The position numbers were made by a program, and so were the translations under genes. Shown here piece after piece: positions 19,596-29,546 of a stretch of 64,000 nucleotides of DNA (within the stretch, counting starts at the first letter, position 1; the number at the start of each line of letters is the position of its first letter). This DNA is from Patescibacteria group bacterium (GTDB lineage: Bacteria > Patescibacteriota > JABMPQ01). Location of the stretch: NCBI GenBank assembly GCA_018818965.1, contig JAHJQX010000014.1, positions 6,178-70,177 on the forward strand, in the 5' to 3' direction. Under the pieces are notes generated by a model. That model was not told the origin of the DNA, did no database searches, and saw only the letters and a program-made list of their open reading frames with translations.

Positions 19596-19657
19596 CCCAG
19601 CTTGGCAATATTAATTGCTGAGCTGAGAAGAACTTTGTAAATAAAGAAAATGTGACG

Positions 19658-19820
19658 ATACTACTTAAGGTGTTGTTGGGATTCTAAAGCTAGGATAGTG
19701 TTCTTGCTCCTGCTTCTAGCGGGAACAAACCTCTTTCCCAGAGGAACACTGTGCTAATTTTGGTAGGGAATTGAACCTCTAACTCAGTTTCCATCATCTC
19801 GACAGCATTTTGGGTGGTAT
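19658..19820 (+). ncRNA. Candidate structured ncRNA of unknown class
   Basis: 24-bp uninterrupted closing stem (19658-19681/19797-19820, 8 G-U pairs) enclosing a 20-bp stem and further hairpins; T-tract follows. Confidence 0.5.
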
Positions 19821-19902
19821 TTTTTATTTCCCCTTGCCTATTTTCTCAAACCACGTTATCATACCCCCAGACAAAAAAACTTTTGAAAGGAGACAATTTA
19901 TT

Positions 19903-21207
19903 ATGGCGCAGAGCACAAGCGCAACGAAGTCTGAGTCGGGAGACTTGGACAGTTTAGTTAACGAAAAAACGGAGGAAATTAAAGAGGAGGAGAAAGCTGC
20001 TTCCGATGAATTTGTCAAAGCGGTGGAAGCACAACCGATCCCCCAAATCGGTGATAAAATTAAAGGCAAGGTTTTAGATTTCAATAAAAATGAAGTCTAC
20101 GTAGATCTTGATAAATTTGGCGTGGGGGTAGTCCGCGGTCGAGAATTATGGGAGGCTCTTGATGTTTACCGTGAATTCAAAATTGGTGAGGAAGTAGAAG
20201 CAGAAATAGTCGAACTGGAAAATGAAAATGGCATGATGGAGCTTTCCTTCAAGAAAACCTCTAAAGAGCAAGCCTGGAAAGAACTTGATGAAAAGAGAGA
20301 GAAAGAAGAACTTATCACTGTCAAAGTTCAGGAAGCTAACAAAGGTGGTCTGCTGGCCAGCTTATGTGGTATCCCAGCCTTTTTACCCGTATCTCAACTG
20401 TCGTCGGAAAATTACCCACGAGTGGAAAATGGCGATTCAAGCAAGATTTTGTCCATGCTAAAAGACTTTATTGGTCGCAAGTTGAACGTTAAAATTATTA
20501 CGGTGGATCAGAAAGAAAACAAGCTGATTATTTCGGAAAAGAAAGTTGTGTTTGATGAGCAGAAGAAAAACATGAAAGGTTTGGAAGTGGGTAAAATAGT
20601 GACAGGAAAAGTTTCTGGCGTAGTTGACTTTGGTGCTTTTGTAAAATTTGATGGACTGGAAGGGTTGGTGCACATTTCAGAACTTTCTTGGCAACGTATT
20701 AATAATCCTGACGAGGTGGTCAAGGTAGACGAAGAAGTAAAAGCTGAAGTAATTGGTATTGATGATTCTAAAATTACTTTGAGCATCAAGAGACTACAAA
20801 AAGACCCCTGGGTCGAAGCAGTGAAACAATATAAGGTTGGACAGGAGATCGAAGGTGAGGTTATTAAGCTGGCGCCCTATGGAGCTTTTATTCAGCTGGA
20901 TAAGGATATTCATGGCCTAGCTCATATTTCTGAGTTATCCCAAGGAAAAGTGGCCAAGGTAGAAGAAATCTTGAATATCGGCGAAAAGAAAGAATTCCGA
21001 ATCTTATCTATTGATCCTGAGGAACATCGTTTAGGATTGAGTTTGAAAGGGGCGCGAGAAGAAACTAGTACCAAAAAAGAGGAAGATAAAAAAAGGCCTA
21101 AAAAAGCTGACGAAAAACCAGCTAAGAAAAAACCCGTCGAGAAAAAAGCCACCAAGAAAGAAAAGCCCAAGAAAAAAAAGAAGACGGAAGACAAAAAAGC
21201 CAAATAG
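19903..21207 (+). CDS. rpsA: 30S ribosomal protein S1 (short form, Lys-rich tail); start re-assigned to 19903
   Basis: 'ANKGGL', 'AFLPVSQL', 'FGAFV..GLEGLVHISELSW', 'YGAFI..GLAHISELS'; promoter TTGCCT-17-TATCAT at 19834. Confidence 0.92.
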   Translation: MAQSTSATKSESGDLDSLVNEKTEEIKEEEKAASDEFVKAVEAQPIPQIGDKIKGKVLDFNKNEVYVDLDKFGVGVVRGRELWEALDVYREFKIGEEVEAEIVELENENGMMELSFKKTSKEQAWKELDEKREKEELITVKVQEANKGGLLASLCGIPAFLPVSQLSSENYPRVENGDSSKILSMLKDFIGRKLNVKIITVDQKENKLIISEKKVVFDEQKKNMKGLEVGKIVTGKVSGVVDFGAFVKFDGLEGLVHISELSWQRINNPDEVVKVDEEVKAEVIGIDDSKITLSIKRLQKDPWVEAVKQYKVGQEIEGEVIKLAPYGAFIQLDKDIHGLAHISELSQGKVAKVEEILNIGEKKEFRILSIDPEEHRLGLSLKGAREETSTKKEEDKKRPKKADEKPAKKKPVEKKATKKEKPKKKKKTEDKKAK

Positions 21208-21239
21208 ATTATTATAAAGTTTCCTTTCTTAATTCTATT

Positions 21240-22424
21240 ATGAAGGGTAATCTCGTAATTGGACAATCCGGCGGCCCGACAATGGTAATCAATGAATCAC
21301 TGGTAGGTGTTATCAAAGAAGCTAGTCGACACCAGCAGTTTCAGAGCATTTATGGTGCTCACCATGGCATTTTGGGTATGTTAGCTGGAGATTTTATTAA
21401 TCTTCGCCAACCATCGGACGAGAAAATAAAGCTGATCGCCAATACTCCCTCCTCTGCTCTGGGCACCTGTCGATATAAACCAGATGAGAAAGATTGTAAA
21501 AAAGTATTTGAGGTGTTTACCAAACACAATATCAAGTACTTTTTTTATATCGGTGGTAATGATACGGCCGAGACATGCCACATTATTAACGAGATTGCTA
21601 AAAAAGAAAACTACGAACTGCGTATCTTCCATATTCCCAAGACAATCGATAATGACTTATTGGTAAATGACTTTTGTCCGGGCTATCCTAGTGCTGCCCG
21701 CTACGTGGTGATGTCTTTTATAGGTAATGACCTGGACAACCAGGCTATTCCGGGGGTAAAGATCGACATTGTGATGGGGCGTCATGCTGGCTGGCTCACC
21801 GCTGCGGCTGCTCTAGCTCGGCGCTCAAAAAATGATGGTCCCCACTTGATTTATTTACCGGAAAGACCAATTACGATTAAAAAGTTTGTTAAAGATATCG
21901 ACGATATGTACGCTCGCCATGGACGATGTTTGGTAGCGGCTTCTGAAGGTATTTCAGGATCAGATGGCAAACCCCTGGTTGAGTCTTTAGCGAGCAAACG
22001 AGATTCCCACGGTAATATTCATCTTTCAGGGTCAGGTGCTCTGGGAGATTTGCTAGTTAGTTACGTGGAGAAACACACTCGACATAAAGATATGCGAGTG
22101 CGTACGGACACCCTTGGCTATGCCCAGCGTAGTTTTCCAGGAGTGGCTAGCGAAATTGACAAGCGAGTGGCTAGGATGGTTGGTAAAGAGGCTGTTGGCT
22201 ACGCTCTCAAGGGTGATATTGATGGTAGTGTAGCTATTAGCCGTCTCAATAAGCAGGGTAAGCCAGTTTTTGAAACCGACTTAGTAGAATTGCGTCGGGT
22301 AGCCCGTGATGCCAAGGAAGTGCCAAGTAAATTTATTAGCAAAAGTGGCAATAATGTTACTAGAAGTTTTGTTGATTATCTCCAGCCGCTAGTAGGGGAT
22401 TTGCCCGAGATAGGAACTTTTTAG
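21240..22424 (+). CDS. pfp: 6-phosphofructokinase, probably PPi-dependent
   Basis: 'GQSGGPT', 'GGNDT' (Asp at specificity position), 'PKTIDND', 'MGRHAGWL'. Confidence 0.85.
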   Translation: MKGNLVIGQSGGPTMVINESLVGVIKEASRHQQFQSIYGAHHGILGMLAGDFINLRQPSDEKIKLIANTPSSALGTCRYKPDEKDCKKVFEVFTKHNIKYFFYIGGNDTAETCHIINEIAKKENYELRIFHIPKTIDNDLLVNDFCPGYPSAARYVVMSFIGNDLDNQAIPGVKIDIVMGRHAGWLTAAAALARRSKNDGPHLIYLPERPITIKKFVKDIDDMYARHGRCLVAASEGISGSDGKPLVESLASKRDSHGNIHLSGSGALGDLLVSYVEKHTRHKDMRVRTDTLGYAQRSFPGVASEIDKRVARMVGKEAVGYALKGDIDGSVAISRLNKQGKPVFETDLVELRRVARDAKEVPSKFISKSGNNVTRSFVDYLQPLVGDLPEIGTF

Positions 22425-22511
22425 GTGATAGGTAATGGGTTTTAGGTGTTAGGATTTCTATAAGTATTTTCTAGATAGTCCCTACGCCTAGTATCTAATA
22501 CCTATAACCTA
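22422..22511. repeat. Inverted array of degenerate heptamers (TAGGNNN...NNNCCTA)
   Basis: taggtga taggtaa tgggttt taggtgt taggatt ... gtcccta cgccta gtatcta ataccta taaccta. Confidence 0.75.
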
Positions 22512-22520
22512 ATTAAACAA

Positions 22521-23543
22521 ATGTCTAAAAAATTAAATGTAGCTGTCAATGGTCTCGGTCGGATTGGTCGAACGTTTCTTCGTCAGATTATTAATGAGCC
22601 AAGTATTAATCTAGTGGCCGCCAATAGTCGTTCACCGATTGAGACTTATGCTCACCTAATCAAGTATGATTCCCTCTATGGTCCAGCCAAGGAAGAGGTT
22701 AAAATCGATGGCGATAATATCGTTTTCAACGGCACCAGTTTTAAAATGTTGCATATCGATGATCCAGCTAAAATGCCTTGGAGGGAAATGGATATTGATT
22801 TAGTGATTGAGTCTACTGGTGTTTTTCGAACTAAGGAAGACAGTGAGAAGCACCTGGCAGCTGGTGCCAAACGGGTATTGATTTCCGCTCCCGCCAAGGG
22901 AGATGACGTGGTGACGCTGATTCCAGGGGTGAATGGAAGCGATTATAAGCCAGCTGAGCATAAAATTATTTCGGCTGCTTCTTGTACGACTACCTGTTTG
23001 GCGCCTATTTGTAAGGTGTTAGAAAAAGAGTATGGCATCAAGCGTGGTTTTATGACCACTATTCATGCCTACACCAATGATCAGAATTTGCACGATGCGC
23101 CACATAAGAGTGAAGATTTGCGTCGGTCACGCGCAGCAGCAGAGTCGATTATCCCTACTACCACTGGCGCCAGTGAAGCAGTGGCTATGGTGTTGCCGAG
23201 TGTGGAGGGAAAGCTAAAAGGTATATCGCTACGAGTTCCTACCCCGACTGTTTCTACCGTGGATTTAGTCTGTGAATTAGAGAAGAGCGTGGGTAGCGCT
23301 GATGATCTTAATAATAAATTCAGAGAAGCAGCCAGTGGCGAAATGAAAGACGTGTTAGCGGTAAGCGATGAACCACTAGTTTCGATTGATTATCGAGGTA
23401 GTTCAGCGGCGTCGTCGATTGATGCTCTATCTACCGATGTAATAGGTGACAATATGGTGAAAATAATTGCTTGGTATGATAATGAGTGGGGCTATGTTAG
23501 TAGCATGGTACGGTTGGTGAAATATATGGCCGAGCAAGAGTAG
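22521..23543 (+). CDS. gap: Type I glyceraldehyde-3-phosphate dehydrogenase
   Basis: 'NGLGRIGR', 'SAASCTTTCLAP', 'IPTTTGA', 'WYDNEWGY'. Confidence 0.97.
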   Translation: MSKKLNVAVNGLGRIGRTFLRQIINEPSINLVAANSRSPIETYAHLIKYDSLYGPAKEEVKIDGDNIVFNGTSFKMLHIDDPAKMPWREMDIDLVIESTGVFRTKEDSEKHLAAGAKRVLISAPAKGDDVVTLIPGVNGSDYKPAEHKIISAASCTTTCLAPICKVLEKEYGIKRGFMTTIHAYTNDQNLHDAPHKSEDLRRSRAAAESIIPTTTGASEAVAMVLPSVEGKLKGISLRVPTPTVSTVDLVCELEKSVGSADDLNNKFREAASGEMKDVLAVSDEPLVSIDYRGSSAASSIDALSTDVIGDNMVKIIAWYDNEWGYVSSMVRLVKYMAEQE

Positions 23544-23649
23544 GTTTCTATCGGCAAATATATTGAAAGAGCTGTCGGAGAAGGCAGCTCTTTATTTTTC
23601 TTGAGATAAATAGTAAATAGCGCTATAATCACCCCGCAATAAATCACTT

Positions 23650-24615
23650 ATGCTCACGACTAAAGCCCGAAATACAATTGCAGAGCATGAATTAATCAAT
23701 TCAAGCGACAAAATCATCATCGGCGTCTCCGGCGGACCGGATTCGGTCTGTTTGTTGCACTTTTTGAACGAAATCCAGGCAGAATTTAACCTCAAATTGA
23801 CCGTCGCTCATGTTAATTATGGTTTGCGTGGCGAAGAATCGGATCAAGACGAAATTTTCGTGAAAAAATTAGCAGAAAAATACAATTTGCCCTACAAAAT
23901 TTCACATCCTGAACCCAGCACTGATGAATCTACTAACCTCGAAGCTAATCTCCGCGACATTCGTTATAAATATTTTAACGACCTCTTAAAAAAAGAAAAA
24001 ACGGACAAAATTGCAGTTGCCCATAACCGCGACGACCAAGCGGAAACGATTTTGATGTTTTTCCTCCGTGGTTCTGGCCTAAAAGGCTTGTCTGGTATGG
24101 ATTATCAACAGGGCAAGATCATTCGTCCCCTGCTAGATTGTTCACGCCAGGACATTTTAGCTTATTTAAAGGTAAACAAGCTGGATTACCGGGAGGATAA
24201 GACGAATCAAGATACTAAATATACTCGTAATAAAATCAGGCACGAATTAATTCCATATCTGGAAAAAGAGTTTAACCCGAACCTACGGGAAACTTTAACT
24301 CAAGCTAGCTGTGTTATCAAAAATGAACATTCTCTCGTTTCAAAAATAGTTGAAGAAACTTATCAGTCTTTGGTCAACGAGAATGGCAATGAGACGAACT
24401 TGTCGTTAGAAGACTTTCTCAAGCTAGACAAAGCTTTACAACGAGGTATTTTACGTCATATTTTCACCAAAATGTTAGGTAATACTAGAGATATTAGCGT
24501 TCTTGATATCGAAGAGACACTCCGCGTACTAAAAAAAGCTCGACCCGGTAGCCACCGCTCCGTAAAAGGCTTGCGAATTGCCAAAAAGGATGGCAAGATT
24601 ATTGTAACCAGGTAG
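23650..24615 (+). CDS. tilS: tRNA(Ile)-lysidine synthetase
   Basis: PP-loop 'VSGGPDS', 'AHNRDDQAET', 'IRPLL', 'RNKIRH'; precedes ftsH. Confidence 0.96.
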   Translation: MLTTKARNTIAEHELINSSDKIIIGVSGGPDSVCLLHFLNEIQAEFNLKLTVAHVNYGLRGEESDQDEIFVKKLAEKYNLPYKISHPEPSTDESTNLEANLRDIRYKYFNDLLKKEKTDKIAVAHNRDDQAETILMFFLRGSGLKGLSGMDYQQGKIIRPLLDCSRQDILAYLKVNKLDYREDKTNQDTKYTRNKIRHELIPYLEKEFNPNLRETLTQASCVIKNEHSLVSKIVEETYQSLVNENGNETNLSLEDFLKLDKALQRGILRHIFTKMLGNTRDISVLDIEETLRVLKKARPGSHRSVKGLRIAKKDGKIIVTR

Positions 24616-24722
24616 TAGGTTTATGGTTGGTAGGACTGTTATAAATTATTTTTAAATAGTTTATACAACCTGCCCGCCAGCAAACAAGCCTACTCGCTAC
24701 TACTCATAACCTAATTCATCCC

Positions 24723-26537
24723 ATGAATTCATTTATAAAAAATATCCTAATCGCTTTCGTTGTCTTCCTGACTATCGCCAGTATTTTTGCGATGTATAAA
24801 ACTCCTCTAACTGAACCAGAGGAGATGTCTTTAGATAAACTGGTGGCACAGATCAACGGGGAAGAGGTAGAGAAAATAGAGATACAAGGCGAGGAAGTGA
24901 AAGTGAAAATCAAAGACGACAACAAAGAAAAGAAAGTTAAAAAAGAGAAAGAAAGTCCGCTGGGTGAAACTTTACAAAATTACGGTGTAGAATCGGATAA
25001 ATTGGCCAAGGTAGAAGTAAAAATAGTAGACGAATCTGGGTTTTCCTACTGGGTAGGGGCGTTGTTACCATTCCTTTTACCCTTCGGTTTGATCGCAATA
25101 TTTATTTATTTTATGGCTCGTTCGGTTCAAAAGGGGAACAATCGAGCAATGATGTTTGGCCAAAGCCAGGCTAAGAAGTTTGAAGGTAAAGATGAAAGCA
25201 AAACTTCTTTCAAGGATGTGGCTGGTGTCAAAGAAGCCAAGGAAGAGTTATTTGAGGTAGTAGAATTCCTAAAAACCCCTAAAAAGTTTACCGATCTGGG
25301 CGCCGAAATTCCTAAGGGAGTGTTGCTTGTTGGACCTCCTGGTACAGGTAAAACTTTGATGGCGCGAGCGGTGGCTGGTGAAGCCAAAGTGCCATTTTTT
25401 CATATTTCTGGCTCCGAGTTTGTCGAGATGTTTGTTGGTGTAGGAGCTTCGCGCGTCCGAGATCTCTTTAATAAAGCCAAAAAATCCGCTCCCGCTATTT
25501 TGTTTATTGATGAGATAGACGCTGTCGGACGTCAGAGAGGCGCCGGTCTGGGTGGCAGTCACGATGAACGGGAACAAACTCTCAATCAAATTCTCACCGA
25601 GATGGATGGTTTTGAACAAGGCACAAATGTGATCGTGATAGCGGCTACCAACCGGCCCGACGTGCTTGACCCGGCTCTGCTGCGTCCGGGACGGTTTGAT
25701 CGACGAGTAACTTTGGACTTACCTGATATAAAAGATCGCGAAGAACTACTTAAAATTTACGCGCGGGGCAAAAAGCTAGTTCAGAATGTTAATCTGAAAA
25801 AAGTGGCGCAGAGAACCCCTGGTTTTTCGGGCGCTGATATTAAAAACTTAATGAACGAAGCAGCTATCCTGGCTGCTCGCCGCGACAAAAAAACTGTAGG
25901 GGAAAAAGAAGTGCTCGAAGCAATCGAAAAAGTAATGTTAGGACCAGAACGCAAGAGTTTTGTTTTATCAGAGCAGGAGAAGGGAATTGCTGCTTACCAT
26001 GAAGCTGGACACGCTTTAGTGTCTCACTTGTTACCGCACACCGATCCAGTCCATAAAATTTCGATCATCTCTCGTGGTCAAGCAGCCGGCTATACTTTGA
26101 AATTGCCGGAGAAAGAAAAACACTTCCACGCTAAACAAGAATTTATTGAAGATCTGTCAGTATTACTGGGTGGTTACGTGGCCGAGAAGATTGTCTTCGG
26201 CGATGTTACCACGGGGGCTACCTCTGATCTACGGGAAGTCACAAAACTATCGCGTAAACTAGTAACGGAATATGGTATGTCTGATAAATTAGGTCCGATG
26301 ACTTTTGGCCAAAAGGACGAGATGGTTTTTCTGGGACGGGATATCGCTGAGCAACGAGATTATAGCGAAGAAGTGGCCTCCGAAATAGATAAAGAAATCC
26401 GTAGTTTCGTTGATTCGGCTCACGATCGTGCCCGCCAGATTTTAGATGGTAATCGGGAGAAATTAGAACTAGTGGCCAAAGAGCTGATAGATAAAGAGAC
26501 TTTGGAGCGGGAAGATTTTGAAAAGTTAGTGGGATAA
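24723..26537 (+). CDS. ftsH: ATP-dependent zinc metalloprotease FtsH
   Basis: 2 TM, 'GPPGTGKT', 'FIDEID', 'ALLRPGRFD', 'HEAGH'. Confidence 0.98.
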   Translation: MNSFIKNILIAFVVFLTIASIFAMYKTPLTEPEEMSLDKLVAQINGEEVEKIEIQGEEVKVKIKDDNKEKKVKKEKESPLGETLQNYGVESDKLAKVEVKIVDESGFSYWVGALLPFLLPFGLIAIFIYFMARSVQKGNNRAMMFGQSQAKKFEGKDESKTSFKDVAGVKEAKEELFEVVEFLKTPKKFTDLGAEIPKGVLLVGPPGTGKTLMARAVAGEAKVPFFHISGSEFVEMFVGVGASRVRDLFNKAKKSAPAILFIDEIDAVGRQRGAGLGGSHDEREQTLNQILTEMDGFEQGTNVIVIAATNRPDVLDPALLRPGRFDRRVTLDLPDIKDREELLKIYARGKKLVQNVNLKKVAQRTPGFSGADIKNLMNEAAILAARRDKKTVGEKEVLEAIEKVMLGPERKSFVLSEQEKGIAAYHEAGHALVSHLLPHTDPVHKISIISRGQAAGYTLKLPEKEKHFHAKQEFIEDLSVLLGGYVAEKIVFGDVTTGATSDLREVTKLSRKLVTEYGMSDKLGPMTFGQKDEMVFLGRDIAEQRDYSEEVASEIDKEIRSFVDSAHDRARQILDGNREKLELVAKELIDKETLEREDFEKLVG

Positions 26538-26541
26538 ATTG

Positions 26542-26625
26542 TAGGTGATGGGTCTTGGGTATTAGGGCTATCTAAGGAATGTTTTAAGTTGTCCCTAACA
26601 CCTGTAACTTATAACCTAACATCTA
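26542..26625. repeat. Second inverted heptamer array
   Basis: taggtga tgggtct tgggtat tagggct ... gtcccta acacctg taactta taaccta acatcta. Confidence 0.75.
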
Positions 26626-26630
26626 AAAAT

Positions 26631-27527
26631 ATGGATTACTTTGGTATTATCAAAAGAGCGGCAAAAATTACTTGGCAAGCTAAGTATCTTTGGATATTTG
26701 GTTTGTTGGCAGGTTTTGGTGGGAGCAGTTTTAATTATAATCCTTCTTCTAGCTGGCAGGACAATGGTTCAAATAGTTCAAGTGGTGAACAGGCGATGAA
26801 TGAAATCAAGAACTTTTTAACTGATAATTGGATTTGGATTGTGATAGTGGTGTTAGCTTTGTTGGTGATCGGTCTAATTTTCTTTGTCCTAAGTGTGATT
26901 GCGCGTGGAGCTCTAGTCCACTGCGTTGATCGAATTGACGGTGGTAAGCCGACCAGCTTTAAGGATGGATTCCGAATCGGAGCCAAAAAGTTTTTACCGA
27001 TGTTGGCTTCTAATTTAGCCATGATATTCATTTTGTTGGGTACCCTAGTTGTCTTAGGAGTTCCAGTTGGCCTGTTGTTTTATTACCAAATGACACTGCG
27101 CGCTATTCTGTTACTTTTGTTCGCCTTAGTTATTTATATTCCCCTGGGCTTTGTTGTTTCTTTTATTGCCATCTGGAGTTGGCAATACATCGTAATCAAG
27201 AACATGAAGGTGGTAGAATCTTGGCGCGCTGGTTTACTTTTGTTTAAAAACAATCTAGGTGCCAGCTTGATTATGTGGCTTTTACTGTTTGTGGTTGGTT
27301 TGGTAACCGGCATCGCTTTCTTGATCATAGTGCTAGTTGTTGCTATTCCTTTTGTACTGCTAGGTGTTCTCGCTTATGCAGTTGTTCAATGGATGGGAGT
27401 AGCGGTAGTAGCGGCTGCTGGCGTGATGTTTTTATTCTTGTTGTCATTGCTATATGGCGCTGTCTTGTCCACCTTCCAGTCAGCCGTCTGGACATTAATG
27501 TTTCGGGAAATTGAGCAAAAAAAGTAA
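26631..27527 (+). CDS. Polytopic membrane protein of unknown function (start re-assigned to ATG 26631)
   Basis: 'MDYFGIIKRAAKITWQAKYLWIFG', 6-7 TM helices. Confidence 0.75.
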   Translation: MDYFGIIKRAAKITWQAKYLWIFGLLAGFGGSSFNYNPSSSWQDNGSNSSSGEQAMNEIKNFLTDNWIWIVIVVLALLVIGLIFFVLSVIARGALVHCVDRIDGGKPTSFKDGFRIGAKKFLPMLASNLAMIFILLGTLVVLGVPVGLLFYYQMTLRAILLLLFALVIYIPLGFVVSFIAIWSWQYIVIKNMKVVESWRAGLLLFKNNLGASLIMWLLLFVVGLVTGIAFLIIVLVVAIPFVLLGVLAYAVVQWMGVAVVAAAGVMFLFLLSLLYGAVLSTFQSAVWTLMFREIEQKK

Positions 27528-28319
27528 ATGAAAATTCTTTTCTTCGGTGATATCGTCGGTAAAGCTGGACGTGAAGCGGTAAAGAAGGTTTTACCTGCTT
27601 GGCGAGAAAAGCATGAACCTGATTTTGTGTTGGCTAACGGGGAGAATTTAGCGCATGGGGCGGGGATAACTGAGAAAACGATCCAAGAAATGACGGAGGT
27701 CGGCATTGATGCTTTCACTTCCGGCAATCACATCTTTCAAAACAAGCAGGGGATTGATGTTTTGAATAATAAAAAAGCCGATATTGTCCGACCAGCTAAT
27801 TATCCACCGGGAGCACCAGGGGTAGGATGGAAAATTTTTCCGGTACGGACGAAGAAGTTATTACTGGTTAATCTAATCGGGCGGGTATTTTTCAAAGACG
27901 ATTACGATTGCCCTTTTCGAGTAATGGATGATGTTTTAGAAAAAACAAAATTAGAAAAACCAGACGTTATTTTTGTTGATATGCACATGGAGGCTACTAG
28001 CGAGGCTAAAGCTCTCGGTTTTTATCTTGACGGACGAGTAAGTGCTGTTGTGGGGACTCATACACATGTTCCGACGGCTGATGAGCGAGTTCTGCCGGGC
28101 GGAACAGCCTATATTACTGATGTGGGGATGGCCGGACCACAGGATTCAGTCATTGGAGCGAAAAAAGAAGCAGTGCTGGAGCAATTTTTGACTCAGTTGC
28201 CGTTTAAATATGACGTTGAGGAGGAGGGACTATGTGAAGTTAACGGGGTGGTAGTGGAAATTGGTTCGGACGGGAAGGCGGAGAAAATTGAGCGGGTTTA
28301 TGAAGAAGTGGAGATGTAA
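27528..28319 (+). CDS. ymdB: YmdB/TIGR00282 metallophosphoesterase
   Basis: 'GDIVGKAGR', 'NGEN', 'TSGNH', 'RPANYP', 'GTHTHVPTAD'. Confidence 0.95.
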   Translation: MKILFFGDIVGKAGREAVKKVLPAWREKHEPDFVLANGENLAHGAGITEKTIQEMTEVGIDAFTSGNHIFQNKQGIDVLNNKKADIVRPANYPPGAPGVGWKIFPVRTKKLLLVNLIGRVFFKDDYDCPFRVMDDVLEKTKLEKPDVIFVDMHMEATSEAKALGFYLDGRVSAVVGTHTHVPTADERVLPGGTAYITDVGMAGPQDSVIGAKKEAVLEQFLTQLPFKYDVEEEGLCEVNGVVVEIGSDGKAEKIERVYEEVEM

Positions 28320-28379
28320 ATAGTCAGTAAGTTGTAGGTGGCCAACCTTCTCACTGCTACCTAATACCTAGTTAGAACT

Positions 28380-29483
28380 ATGAAAAGCCAACCAAAAGAA
28401 GTTTCCGAGTTACGCAAAAATCCTGTTTCTGATTCCTGGGTGGTGATTGCCACTGGTCGGGCTAAGCGACCGCAGGCCTACAAAGTAAAACGGGCTCAAT
28501 TTCAGCAGCCTCGCCGTCAGTGCCCTTTTTGTAATTTGGAGAAGAGCGGTATCAAGGATCCAGCCAAAATATATCCGCTCAACGTTAAAACCAAATATGC
28601 CCGACAGCTGAAACGAGTAGGCGACCACCAAAGATGGGGCGATCAGATTTGGAGTTTGATTGTAGTGCCGAACAAATTTCCTTCCTTTGTGCCGGGCGGA
28701 GCACCGCGTCAAAAGAAAATTGGCCACCATACTGTGATGCCAGGTCGGGGTTACCATGAAGTGTTAATCACGGCTTCTCACGATAAGCATTTTGGACGTT
28801 TACCAGTGGAGAAGTTAGAAGAAGTGATGAAAGCTTATCAAGAACGCTATCTAGCTTTGCGCGACCGGAAATATGTTACTTACATTTCAATTATTCATAA
28901 TCATGGACCAGAAGCGGGAGCGTCGTTAACCCACCCCCACTCGCAGATTTTTGCTATCTCGGTTTTGCCACGTGATATTAAAAGTTCTCTGCGTGGTTCA
29001 GCTCGATATTTAAAAAAATACGGCACTTGTGTTCATTGTGAGATGGTTAATTGGGAGAGAAAACAAAAAACACGGGTAGTTTACGAAAATGATGACTATG
29101 TTGCGCTATGTCCCTTCGGCTCCAGCGTAGCCTTTGAAATCCGGATTTATCCCAAAAAACATCTATCATACTTTGAAGAAATTACACCCAGACAAAGGGA
29201 AAATCTCGCCCAAAGTTTTAAACAAGTTCTATCACGTTTAGATAAAGCTTTAAATAATTCACCATATAATTTTTTCTTGCATACGGCTCCTTGTGATGTT
29301 TGTAGTTCGAAGGGTAAGTCTCGTGGTCAGAAATCGGCTAAAAAATATAGCCACTACCACTGGCATTTTGAAATTATGCCTAAAATCTCTACTTGGGCTG
29401 GCTTTGAACTCTCCACTGGTTTGGAAATCAGTACGGTTGATCCCGATCAAGCGGCGGAGATGTTGAAGAAAGTGAAAATATAA
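28380..29483 (+). CDS. galT: Galactose-1-phosphate uridylyltransferase family
   Basis: 'RAKRP', 'CPFC', 'PNKFP', 'GASLTHPHSQ', 'YHWHFEI'. Confidence 0.88.
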   Translation: MKSQPKEVSELRKNPVSDSWVVIATGRAKRPQAYKVKRAQFQQPRRQCPFCNLEKSGIKDPAKIYPLNVKTKYARQLKRVGDHQRWGDQIWSLIVVPNKFPSFVPGGAPRQKKIGHHTVMPGRGYHEVLITASHDKHFGRLPVEKLEEVMKAYQERYLALRDRKYVTYISIIHNHGPEAGASLTHPHSQIFAISVLPRDIKSSLRGSARYLKKYGTCVHCEMVNWERKQKTRVVYENDDYVALCPFGSSVAFEIRIYPKKHLSYFEEITPRQRENLAQSFKQVLSRLDKALNNSPYNFFLHTAPCDVCSSKGKSRGQKSAKKYSHYHWHFEIMPKISTWAGFELSTGLEISTVDPDQAAEMLKKVKI

Positions 29484-29546
29484 GGATCCCCCGGTGAAAA
29501 TAAAAACCCCGCATGAAGCGGGGTTTTATGATAGTTTTAAATATTT

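Noticed and set aside
17072-19621. Numerous overlapping alternative-frame ORFs in the GC-rich cassettes (also 32238-33182, 41673-42556, 54631-55462)
   Set aside because: Expected by-product of high GC (few stop codons); only one frame per cassette has family motifs and an SD
21060-21207. A-rich repeats at the end of rpsA, and Gly-rich tail at 50460-50546
   Set aside because: Explained by low-complexity protein tails (Lys/Glu in S1; the standard DUF2207 Gly tail)
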